Assembly (NCBI GenBank): GCA_951804945.1
Contig: OX638158.1
Coordinates: 35,216,001-35,280,000 of the forward strand
DNA length: 64,000 bases
Origin: Podarcis cretensis
Lineage: Eukaryota
Direction: 5' to 3'
Shown here piece after piece: positions 1 through 11,300 of the stretch (positions within the stretch are counted from its first letter, which is position 1; every line of letters begins with the position of its first letter). The notes below the pieces were generated by a model. The model made no database searches. It worked only from the letters and a program-made list of their open reading frames with translations, and was not told the origin of the DNA. The position numbers and the translations under genes are program-made.

Positions 1-108
1 CACAGGAACTCAATTCTGGCACCTCTCAGGTGGGTGTTATTGCCATTCTAAGAACTAGGGAGTGTTGGTGGTGAGTTCCAGCACCTCTCTTTCTAGAAAA
101 ATAGCACT
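1..108. mobile_element. Partial non-autonomous DNA transposon (hAT-like, CAGTGCTTTTTTTCTAGAAAAA-type terminus)
   Basis: Ends in TTTCTAGAAAAATAGCACT, the reverse complement of the start of the element at 34438-34561. Confidence 0.5.
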
Positions 109-1827
109 ATATTTTGTGTGTTGGCAGAGGGGAAATGGCAGGAAAAAGCACCCTTCCTTTGCAGCCCATCAATGCCAAATTCTGCCCTACCCCACATAGC
201 AACCATATTAACATGGAAAGTTTGCTCCTTAATGTTAAGTTGTACTAACAAATTCAATATTCTATTGAGCAATAGTTTGTCCAACCTGCATATTATATTC
301 TCTTCCAGTAACAATTAAGCAAAACGGAAGGTGTTGTGTTAGAGTCCCATAATGCCTACATATTAATTAGCAATAATGTCCAAACGGATAAATGTCAGAC
401 TACATCTCTATTAGATAGGCTTGCCATACGTTGGATATGTCTGATGTATACATCCAGGGGGAATTTCTGCTGCAAAGCAATGATTCATCCTGGATCTTCA
501 GCAACACAACTGAATAATTATGTTCCCTTTTTTTTTTACAAACAGCTCAACAACTTGGGTCACATCTCAAAAAACAAAACAAAACAAAACAAAAACTCAA
601 CAACTTTAAAGTTTTCCTAAATATATATATATGGCAACCCTATATTAGAACACCACAAGACTCCTAAAATTATCCAGGTCTTGCTCAAAGTGTCATCAGG
701 ATGTTACACATAGTAAAACTACAGCAGACAGAAGGGAGTCATTCACATTGAACATTTCTCATGGAAAAAACATGTCAGAGCCAACTCTATTACAAGATTG
801 CAAAGTACTCTAAAATATTTTTCTTCAGACCAGAATTGCATAGCTACCAGTGTTTGTTCGTTTTTTAATTAAAAATATAATTTTAAGGTTTGCTTCTCAT
901 CATCAGTGGTAGGCAGGGCAATTCACTACTGCTAGTTTAATGTGCTCATTATCCTCTGTTCAACCAGCAGTTAAGCTTACTCAAGAAGAGTTGTAGAAAC
1001 AAAAATGAATGTAGGAGCACTGGACAGACAGCACTCTGGAAGCTCTGTTAACAGCCACCAGTCACAATGCCACTCACTAAAACCACACCCACTTTACCAA
1101 AGCATGAAATGTTGCAATTCTAAAACACACTTCCTTGGGAATAAGTCCTACTGAACACAATAGGACTTTAAACTGCACATTGAACTGCACTGCTAAATAA
1201 ACACAGATTGCTAATGTTGTTTATACTATTTTTTCCTTTGCAGTCCACATTTATGGCACAGTTCATTTACCAAACAAGTGCATTCAGCATACTGCAACCC
1301 TTTTACCAAGCTGCTATGTTTTTATTCCAATAGTGTTTCACCTTAGTAAGTTTCCTATTGACATTTTACCACTACAATTGGCATTATAATAATTTTTTGC
1401 TCTTTGTTGAAAAGATGCACAATATTAGTTATTTATCTACTTTAACACTTGATATACCAGAGTGCAGATACATATATTGGTCTAAGTGCCTAGAACTGGA
1501 AACTAAGTTTCAAAGGTATGTTGCTGAAAGACATTTGAATAAATCTAGAACTTTCAGTCCCTTAAAACAATTGAGCTACTTTGTTCTGTAGTTAAATATA
1601 TAACTGCTAAATCAAATGGAGCAATTTGTTTGAAACAAATCAAAGGTACACACAAAACCCAATATAAATTACAAAGAATTTGATGTATCTATTTGCAAAC
1701 AGCCAGAGCTACTTGGAGGTGACCAATCTGAGAAACTATGACTAGAACATTTAATTCTTTGCTATTCTTTCAAGATCTGTTTAACCTCAAGGACATTGTG
1801 CAAACCATATGAGTGCGTACGGTGCAC

Positions 1828-2067
1828 TGTTGGCACCTGTCTGTCTTGAGAGACAATGGAGTGTGCCTCTGGGGTGAATTCAAGAAGCCACTGTGTTAGC
1901 AGTACTGAAGTGACCTCCCCAGGGTGCAAGCCTGGGCAGTGTGTCTGGAGGTCCTGGGTTGCCAAGGTGACAGAACCCCCCTCTTGGCCTCGCTGATGTG
2001 GTCCAAAGGAAAGCAGAGCAATATGTTTGGCAACAGCTTGGTTGCAAGAGTTGCTGGAAGAGGCATA

Positions 2068-2114
<47 letters not shown>

Positions 2115-3020
2115 TTTATTTATATCCCGCCCTCCCCAGCCGAAGCCGGGCTCAGGGCGGCTAACAACAATCAAACAATCAAACAATCAAATAATCACAC
2201 ATTCTAAAAATATTTTATTATAAAAATCAATTAAAATCAAATTAATGGCAACTGATCAAGCAAGATTCTGTGCAGGTTGCCAGAGGAGGGAGTCAGGCTG
2301 CGCCCTGACCAAAGGCCTGGTGGAACAACTCTGTCTTGCAGGCCCTGCGGAAGGATGTCAGGTCCCGCAGGGCCCTAGTCTCTTGTGACAGAGCGTTCCA
2401 CCAGATTGGAGCCGCAGCCGAGAAGGCCCTGGCCCTAGTTGAGGCCAGCCTAACCTCTCTGAGGCCTGGGACCCTGAGGATGCTATTATTTGCAGACCGT
2501 AGGTTTCTCTGTGGGGCATACCAGGAGAGGCGGTCCCGTAGGTACGAGGGTCCTAGGCCGTATAGGGCTTTAAAGGTTAAAACCAGCACCTTAAACCTGA
2601 TCCTGTACTCCACCGGGAGCCAGTGCAGCTGGTATAGTACAGGATGAATGTGAACCCGCAGCGAAGACCCCATAAGGAGTCTCGCCGCGGCATTCTGCAC
2701 CCGCTGGAGTTTCTGGCGACATCCAACTGGGACTCCACTCCAGATTTGTGTAGGATTTACTCTTTAGCCCTTTCTTCTCCCAAGAATGTCCCACAAGGCA
2801 GATGAAGTCTGTCTTTGCATGCAGGGGAAGTCCCTAACTCACCGAGGGTTTGAATCCCATCAGCTATCCTCACTTGGTTTAACTGGCCGGTCAAAGACAT
2901 TTCTGGCATGCTGACAGCTTCTAGGAATCATGGGTGAGAGATGTGCTGAGTGGCAAGCAAAGGCGGACAAACTACCTCAGAAGGAGCATAATGCATCCCC
3001 AACAGAGTACTCCTCCTGCT
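1828..3020 (-). mobile_element. Non-autonomous RTE-tail retroelement (SINE-like), interrupted by an L2 insertion at 2069-2714
   Basis: 1828-2068 plus 2715 onward align colinearly with the uninterrupted copy at 47704-48112; terminal ~60 bp match the 3' end of the RTE LINE at 21709. Confidence 0.75.
2069..2714 (-). mobile_element. 5'-truncated L2-clade LINE (ORF2 C-terminus, 3' UTR, TTA-repeat tail)
   Basis: ORF 2293-2700 QNAAARLL..LHWLPVEYRIRFKVLVLTFKAL..RAFSAAAPIWWNAL..FRRACKTELF is the L2 ORF2 C-terminal signature; (AAT)n tail 2069-2112. Confidence 0.9.
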
Positions 3021-3181
3021 TTAACACCCTATACAACTTATACAACTTATAAATGATAAGTTACACATCCTGTGATTTCTTTTTCTACACCTGTTAAACC
3101 ATGTATTCTTAGGCAATTGTTCCTTAAAACATCACTGTAATGACATTAGAAGCAATACGTATTTCCCTCCTAAAACCTCAC

Positions 3182-3358
3182 CTGTTTTGTTGATTTTTTA
3201 GTGCCATTAAAAATCTTCCAAGCAAGCCCATTGCCACCGCTAGCAATATGTCGTCCAACATCAAATTCCCTGGTAACTGGATTTCCCATGACTGCACTAG
3301 TGACATCTGCAGTCACTTTCGTAACTGTGCTCTTCAATTTGTTTAGCATGGACTCCAT
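3182..3358 (-). CDS. SCYL2: SCY1-like pseudokinase 2, first coding exon (exon 2 spans 3182-3386); gene continues left of the window
   Basis: MESMLNKLKSTVTKVTADVTSAVMGNPVTREFDVGRHIASGGNGLAWKIFNGTKKSTKQ = SCYL2 N-terminus; donor CAG|GTGAGG at 3181, acceptor TTTTGTAG at 3387. Confidence 0.97.
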
Positions 3359-5379
3359 TGTTATGAATGTATGCTAGTACATTTACCTACAAAAAGAAAA
3401 AGAAATCTCAGAATCCATTTTGGAAATTTTGCTAAGCAGAACATAGACTCTAAATGTTATTAAGCAAATGATATAAATATTTAAGTCTATGTTTTTCTAG
3501 CCGGCATTCAATCTCAGTACTTATATCAACTGAAATATGCTGTCACAAATAAGAGCAAAAAGCAGCAGTTGAAAATCAGTTTCTATTCCTGTTTGAAGCT
3601 GTCAGGATGAGAGATGAAAACTAAGTTGCTACATTTAACAAATTTTAACACAGCTAGCACTTTCTGTTATAATTTAGGTGTTAAAGATATCAGCTGTTTG
3701 GGCAAGTGAAAGAAAAACTGTATCCAAAAAAGGATGAATCAACAGATCATGCACAGGAATAGGCAGACAAAGTTAATATGCCAGTTTGGTCCACCACAGA
3801 ATTTATGAAAAAATAATTAACCACTAGAATTAACATCGCCTTGATTGCAAAACAAGTGAAGAGAGTTCAGGGTGTGAATTAGTTATCATATTTGACAAAT
3901 ATCTGGATGTTTAGAATGAGTTCATTTAAAAGATTAATTGCTGTAGTTGGATAGGCCAGCAAATATAACTTTTTAAGCTGAGCATTAAATGTCTGCTTAA
4001 CAAATTTAGAAGTATGCTGAAGTGTCCCGAGGCTACTTAAATAGTTTCTATCCATTACCTAACACAAACAAATCACTGGATCCAATACTCTTATCTTATC
4101 ACCTATTGTACCTGTGTAGCAGAGTATACTTGTACAGCTTTTGGGGGTGAACAGGGGAGCTGCAGGGGGTAGTTGAGAAATGCAAAGCCCCACTACACAA
4201 GTGAATTTCTGTCACACTTAGCAGGCTGACCTCACAATTGAATCTTACTCACATAAAACTGTTGGATGTCAGCTTTGCAATAAGAAGCAGATAAAATAGT
4301 ACCAATATATCATTTAAACTGTAAAACATTCTTCTTCCAATTGATTTCCTTATAAAAACCATGCATTACTTGCATAAGCAATTCAGAGCTTATAATGGAT
4401 CATTTACTGAATTTTTTGTTTTCTTGTTTCTTCTTAAAATGTTGAGGATTTATGGTGAAATATCCCAGTATACATGTGCACACTTTGTCTTTCTCCCTCA
4501 CACACAATATCATACTTTACAAAAGGTTAATGAATGCTACTTATCTATTAATATATAGTATCACCCATAAGCCTGTAATGCCACCCTACTTTTAGCAGGA
4601 AATTTTTTAGTTTTCAATGTTATTTACGGTTTTACCACAGTACGGGATCTACATTTTAAACTAGTAAGTCATTCAAGAAAACATACTCTGATGATATTGC
4701 TGCATTATTATAAGCATCACAGCACTGAATTTAGTGGTTCCTATGGGAATTCTTAGTAAAGAATTCAGACTATGGCCACTAGCAACTTTCCCCAGGTGGT
4801 GTTTTCAAAGGGTAAGATTTCCATTTAACTGCTTACTGCTGCCAACATGCCTCCGAGGCTTGCTGACTATATTTAAACTGAATTGTCAGAAGAAAGTTTC
4901 AGAATGGACATTGAACACTCAGTGTAGGAGGCACCGGAAAACAATTATTTCCTATACAGCAGTAGCTTAATGAAGGCTGTTGCCTTAAAAGAAGAGGTGT
5001 GGCTTAGAAGAGACACCTGACAATCCTCACAAGGGCTTTGTCACATACAGTCCTGTAATAAGCAAGGTAGGTACACATAATATGCGCACAGATGCTCTCA
5101 CGCCCCATTTGGAATCACAAAAGCTCCAATTAATGTTCTACATAAGTCACTCGTGTGTGCTTCTGTCAATACAAGCCTTCAAATATATTTTCACGGTAAA
5201 ATCTACCGTTACTGGACACTTCAGCAATATTTGTGCGGGATACTTTGCATTTATCACAGCAAGACTGGTTTCATCTTTTAACGAAGAACCTTTGCTGCTG
5301 AAATGAGAGCGGCAGTGGAGTATGAGCAGAAACCTTAAAGAGCAATTAGGGAATTTCAATACCTCGACCAGCCACCCCT

Positions 5380-6170
5380 CAGCGCGGCAAAGCAGCCCTC
5401 CCTCTTACCTGAGAAAGGGTTTGAGAGCTCCTGCCACACCGCAGGCAGATAGGCCCCTTGCCTTCCCTCTCCCCAAGTCGGCTGACAGCCACTCGGCAAC
5501 TGCCTGTTCGTGGGCGGCGGCACAAAAGGGAAGCTCCCCCCCCCCAAGCCCTCTTGCCCCACTTTGTGAGCAGCCCAGGCCCAACCCTACGGTTCTGAGG
5601 AAGGAAGCGAGCAAGCCCTTCCCTTCTCAGCGGTCTCAAGGCCACGCTCGGCCCCCCCGCCGCAGCAACAGCCCCGCTGGCTTCTCACCTCAACCTGAAG
5701 GGGGGGGGGAAGCGCTGCCCCACCGCGGGGCGTGGTTGACCGTGCCGCGACCCCCGGCTCTGCTACGCCATGACGGCCACCTCAGCACAACCTAACCTGA
5801 CCGGTTCGAACACAGTGTATATATATATTTATTTCTCTCTCTCGCTTCCGCCTCCGCTGCTGTCACTGGGAGAGAAAACAGGGCACGGGAGCTGAGGCCG
5901 GAAGTCGAGCCCTAGGAAGCCCCGCCCCCTCCGCCTCGCGCCGCCAACGGCGGTTTCCGCGAGGGCGGCAAGTTTGATTGTCAGGGCGACGAAGCGCCGG
6001 CCGAGCCCTCCGTTGAAAAAGCGGTACGGCGGGTTTGTTTCTTTTGCCCCCCCCCCCTCACCGGGATACTTTCGAGCCTCCGCGGTTGCCTTTCCGTTCT
6101 CTCACAGCGAAGTAAAGCGGTGAAGTTGTGGGAGAAGAGGAAAAGGCGTAACAGGTTTAAGGCCGAGGAG
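5380..6170. promoter_or_regulatory. CpG island / SCYL2 promoter with ETS site CCGGAAGT (5898-5905) and GC box CCCCGCCCCC (5920-5929)
   Basis: High GC and CpG density against an AT-rich background; motifs read directly. Confidence 0.85.
5797..5900 (-). other. SCYL2: Probable non-coding exon 1 (5' UTR) of SCYL2
   Basis: Within CpG island, downstream of ETS/GC-box motifs; candidate donors CCG|GTCAGG (5801) and CAG|GTTAGG (5796); TSS approximate. Confidence 0.6.
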
Positions 6171-6560
6171 GAGGAATATATACGGACTTGGTTCTCTCAG
6201 CGGAGTGGTCCATGCAAGTGGGGCAGGATAGCAGATCAATTATTATTAAAATACATACTGAGTGAATGTACCACAAAAACGGCAAAAGGAATTCTGTGTA
6301 AATATGTATGTGGACAGTGGTCAAACTTCACTAAGTTTGTTTGTTTTTTCTATGAGGGGACCAAGTATGTTGAGATATATTTTACTTCTAAGGCAAACAT
6401 TCTCCCAAGGAGCAACAAGGCATAGTGTTGGCCCTCAGGCAGTGTATGGTTTCCTATGGAAATGTTAAGGTTCTGTGGTAGGCTACCATAAGGAGTAATG
6501 ACTACCCCAGAGACACCTTAGGGTTGTTTCATCCCCTTTATTTGTCAAGGTGTAGCTGTA

Positions 6561-6928
6561 GGGACGCAGGTGGCGCTGTGGGTTAAAGCCTCAGCGCCTA
6601 GGACTTGCCAATCGAAAGGTCGGCGGTTCGAATCCCTGCGGCGGGGTGCGCTCCCGCTGCTCGGTCCCAGCGCCTGCCAACCTAGCAGTTCGAAAGCACC
6701 TCCGGGTGCAAGTAGATAAATAGGGACCGCTTACCAGCGGGAAGGTAAACGGCGTTTCTGTGTGCGGCTCTGGCTCTGGCCAGAGCAGCGATGTCACGCT
6801 GGCCACGTGACCCGGAAGTGTCTCCAGACAGCGCTGGCCCCTGGCCTCTTAAGTGAGATGGGCGCACAACCCCAGAGTCTGTCAAGACTGGCCCGTATGG
6901 GCAGGGGTACCTTTACCTTTACCTTTAC
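6561..6928 (+). mobile_element. Full-length Sauria SINE (Squam1), tRNA-derived
   Basis: GGGACGC start, A box TGGCGCTGTGGG (6571), B box GGTTCGAATCC (6625-6635), (ACCTTT)n tail. Confidence 0.92.
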
Positions 6929-7885
6929 TAGCTTTTTTAGAAAGATGAATAGACAGGATTCATCCAATGGGGTGGGATTCTTCCTATTTCCCCAGTTATT
7001 CCTTTATGCTGCAGCTATAGCTTGAATGAATCTTTATTTGCATCAGCCATAGCAATAAAACAATACGATATACAAAGAATAGAAATAAAAAGTCAATTAT
7101 ATAAAATACATTTTAGGGTTTTGAATCAATAGTCATATATCTTCAAGGGCTCTGGGCTCTCTTCCAGCTTTAAGATTTAAAGTCTTTCAAGTCTTCCAAC
7201 GAGCTGATGTTCCAAATAAAGGTCTTCCATAGAAAGCTATATCATAGGGTGTATTTCATGATTAGTAACCTTTCCCACATCTTCTAATCCACTAGCATAC
7301 GTTTTGAACAAGTTGGTGTTGTGGACAGAAGTTACTTCCAAATTACTGTTTTGTGAGGTACAACTGTTTATGTACACACACACAAATTGCACGCCTCTTC
7401 GTAAGTGTAGAACAGCTCAGGTAAACATAGCAATGGTGTCTGGCTGCTTTTCCCTGTCCAGATTGCACCACACCTATGAGCAATAGGTTGTCATTCTGAA
7501 ATGGGGAAAACAAATTAATCCTTGAACAAAATCCAAGGTGGAAGAGTTGCAGTTTTTTATTTTAAAAAAGCAACACATGGCCTGTAGCTGATCTGAGCTG
7601 TTTCTCTAATAAAACACATCATAATACTTTTTATTATAAAAATGTTTTAAATTGGTGACTCTTTTTGTTTGACTTGAGCATCTACTGTTGTCCTCTTTTT
7701 ATTCCCTTTCACAGAAAATAAAAGCATTCCTGCTTAAATCCCTCTTTAATATAATAGTAGATAGGAATTGTTAAGCGGAGTGTTTGAAGAAATCTGGAAC
7801 TAGCCTTCTAGATTTATGATCTAGTGTTCTTGTGTTCAGTTACAATACAACCACTATTTTCCAAATAAACTTTGGATTCAAATGT

Positions 7886-7891
7886 TTTATT
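7886..7891 (-). terminator. Candidate ACTR6 polyadenylation signal AATAAA
   Basis: TTTATT on plus, ~290 nt after the ACTR6 stop; further candidates near 7700 and 7556. Confidence 0.5.
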
Positions 7892-8183
7892 TCATTTTCC
7901 TAATAAATATTCTAGCATATTGTTAATTGAAGAAATGTACTTTTATGGATATATTTTCATTTCAGCCATTTGCATCCAGTTTTCAGTTTCTACCAGCATT
8001 TGAGCGGCAAAGAATATGAAGGAAAAAACCCAATAAGCTACATGTATATAAAAATGAATAAAACCTTACATATATATTGACAGTACAGTTTCATTCTTTA
8101 AAAAAAAACTACAGGGTTCCAATCTAAGAAAACTTCCCAGGTCTTTAACATATACAATATAATGTCCATATCTTGTGAACCAT

Positions 8184-8313
8184 TTAAATATCAAATTTCT
8201 CTTCACATATACTATGTCCATTTTCTTCATAGTCTTCTCTGGTTACCACCATATCTTCAAAATCGTCATTTTCAGAAATCAGCTTTCCACCTTCCCAGGA
8301 ATAAGTAATAGGG
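8184..8313 (-). CDS. ACTR6: ACTR6 exon 11 (last coding)
   Basis: PITYSWEGGKLISENDDFEDMVVTREDYEENGHSICEEKFDI*. Confidence 0.96.
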
Positions 8314-11300
8314 CTGGAAAGTCAATAAAATAATTGTGTAAACTGTAAAATACAGTTAGTTTACAAAGTTAGTTTAATATTGATTTTCAGTATCGGCTAG
8401 TACTACATTATATGACATTAGAATATGGAATATAAAAATAGAGTGGGTAACTGTCAGTTGAGAATCCACATTTGTAACTGAAAGGTTACTTACTTCTCTG
8501 GCAGAACAACAGAAACATCGTAGTCAGTGGGAGTGAGGCATCGGACCTCAGAGTAAACACGATCCCTGAAGCCGGGGAGATGTGTGTTTCCACCAGTTAA
8601 AACAATATTCTTAAAGAAATGTGGTTGCATTTCTATGAAGACCAGAAAGAAACAAGTTATAATTCTACAATAACTTGCTTGATTTTATATAGTTATATTA
8701 AGTCTGTAATGAAAAGCATTGGAAGCACTTGCATCGGAGTCTGTAATGAAAAGCACTTGCATTGGAGGCAGTACCTCAGTCACATGTTTAAATATTCTTC
8801 TAATGCAAATTGCTTACTTCCAAGTTTATGAAGAGGGTGCTAAGTGTTCTGGCTCCCAATCAACTTTGGATGCATTAAACTACTTAATTCAGAAGTCTGG
8901 ATAGTGCATAGGTAACTTCAGCAATTTTACAACAGTAACATGTCAAGAAATAGTGTTTATTACAATCTGATACTGGAGAATTTCTAGAACAGAGGTTTTC
9001 AGTCTTTTTGAGTCCGTGGCTCCCTTGACTAACTACATTCTTTCTGCAGCACCCCTGTGGGGCTTAGGAGCCCAGCCTCTCACCCTTTTTCAAACACTCC
9101 CTTGAGTGTTCCCTCAGCCTTCTCTCCTCTCCTCAGAGCAGCCACTGCTGCCATCCCTGGTCTCTGAGCTGTCCCCCCCCCCCCCCGCCCACCTCAAAGA
9201 GATGTGCCTCCTCACACTGCCCCACAGGGGCCTGGAACATGTCTGTCCATCCCCAATAGCAACGGCTGGTGGACTGGCTGGCTGGGTTCCCTCACCTGTT
9301 TGCTTGCTTACTCCAAGGTTGTCTCAGTTCCTGGCAACCAGCACCCCCTTACCAGCCCCCGAGGCACCATTTGCCTGCAGAGCTTGTAGCCATGACTGCT
9401 GCAACAAACAGCTGTACAAGCCTTTGGGAGGCAGAGATGCAAGAGGGCATCAGAGGAAGGAGGGAAGGAAAAAGGGACAGAAGTCAGCGTTGCCCATAAT
9501 ACCCCTGACCATCCTTCAAGGGTGCCATGGTACACTGGTTGAAAACCACTGTTCTAGACAACTGAGTTTTTGTCCTTGATATGGGAACTTTAGAAGCAAA
9601 ACAAAAAGTCTAACTATGCAACATGTTCTACAGTTAATTTTGGTAGTTACATTGTTTAAATAAGAATACCTTCCGGCAAGTTCTGAATTGAATAAACAAT
9701 GGCTTCAGGAATTCCCATTTCTTGAATACCAATATCTGAAGGATGGAAGAGTATCTCTGGAACAGCAAATCGCTCATTTGTAAGACGAAGTATTTGTTCA
9801 CCAGTTTTGTATTTTCCACTTAACACCATTTCTTCCCTTGGCTAAATCAAACAGATGTGAATTAACACACATGTAATAATGAAACCAGCTTTTAATATCA
9901 ACATTAATCAGTCACCTTATTTGCATGATTTTTCCCATGTAGTAGCTGGGATCCAAAACCTGTATGGGAATTTGAAACTTGTATATTTCTTCCATACAAT
10001 TATACCTAGCTATATCAGCACATAATAACATAGAAATTGCAGCCAACATGCTATGACTGAACAGTAAGAGGATGAATCAACAAACGAAAAATGGCAATTC
10101 ATTTCACATCCCCCCTCTCTCAATAGAGACTTTATTTTTTTTCTAACTAGGTTGCATAAGTGTTGGAGAACCTTTCATCCTCCAGATGTGTTAATTACCT
10201 TGTTTTAAATTTGCACTTTACATCTGACTTCCTCTAATAATGTTTCCTTTTGAAACATTTAATATAATTTTTTATTATCTTTGCTGCATTAAATGTTCAT
10301 TCTGTAGTTGACCTCCTTTGTAATGTTTTAGTTTCAAAATCTTAAAGGCAATATTTTAATTTCCTGTTAATTATGCTGCTTTGAATATATACTTTATATT
10401 GGACTTTCTTCTGTAATGTCTTCTTCTGGATTGTTTTATTTGATGTAGGTTGTAAATGCTTTGAGATCTTTTTCTTAAAAATATATGTAAGTATAGAAAT
10501 GAAATGAAATGAAGAAGAAGACTGATTTTATGCAATTACCTTACAAAACCCTTTTTTTATTGTGCTGAAGTCTGGTAAAACATAGTCCAACATTACTGTA
10601 TTTTCTTCCCCCTTCAATCTGAAACAGGTTGGAATTCAGAATACATCCTAAAGTTAATGATTCTTCAGAGCCACAAAAAAATATATATTTCATTGTAAAT
10701 AAATAATTAACAATTTACCCTAATATGGGTCTAAGTCCAACTTTCTCAAATGTGGAGACCTCTCAAAAGGAGGCTTTGATGATAACTAAATAAGAAAGCT
10801 GCATAGGATAACCTCCTTTTGACTTTTAATCAGTAAGACAGCTCACCACTATTTGGGGTATTCAGTGCATATAGATGTTGAACTTAATAGCGGGACAATC
10901 ACACCTTGCATGGGGTTTATGTTCTGGGGATGGCAGGAATATGCAAAACTGTGTAAATTCAAACCACCCCCACATAAGTATCCTTGCCAAGCGAGCCTTA
11001 CCATCATCCCCCACACCCCGGGAAGACAGCTTTTAAGCTCTGCCATGCTTACCAGGCAAGTCCCGCACACTGCATAGGCTTTGGGATGCTCTTGCAAGTT
11101 CCTGTGGGACTGTCTGAGTTCCTGTGAGATCTTGCAACAACATGCCAGAACCTGTGTGCACTCTGCGTTGCATGCAATTTCAACCACATAAGTTAATTGC
11201 ATATGTAGAGCTTGAAAATGATTTGGAACATTGCAGATGCTTCAGTAACGGAATCAAGACTATAAACCCAAGTCTGGCTGAAATGAGACCTCAAAGATCA

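Larger units (their letters stand above)
6025..8160 (+). pseudogene. DEPDC4: Putative highly decayed DEPDC4 relic (fragments only)
   Basis: Syntenic position and strand; short peptides PRLPFRSL (6080), SGP (6204), KAFLLKSLFNIIVDRN after a strong acceptor (7715), FSFYQHLSGKEYEGK..KKKLQG (7982-8117) resemble DEPDC4/7 motifs from memory; no intact ORF. Confidence 0.35.

Noticed and set aside
1896-2207. Poly-Tyr / poly-Ile ORFs
   Set aside because: Translation of the (AAT)n tail of an L2 element
5322-5795. 157-aa and overlapping ORFs in the SCYL2 CpG island; likewise ORFs at 17559-18751 and 58871-59662
   Set aside because: Pro/Arg/Ala/Gly-rich frames on both strands are expected from stop-poor GC-rich DNA; no recognisable domain
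6120-6425. 101-aa ORF as an intact DEPDC4 or novel gene
   Set aside because: Starts at GTG, no DEP-domain motifs, no downstream exon chain; at most contains relic fragments
6561-6640. tRNA gene
   Set aside because: A/B boxes are the head of a Sauria SINE followed by its body and ACCTTT tail
9106-9579. 157-aa ORF as a transposase
   Set aside because: Lies in a 562-bp non-autonomous hAT element, no DDE or BED motifs
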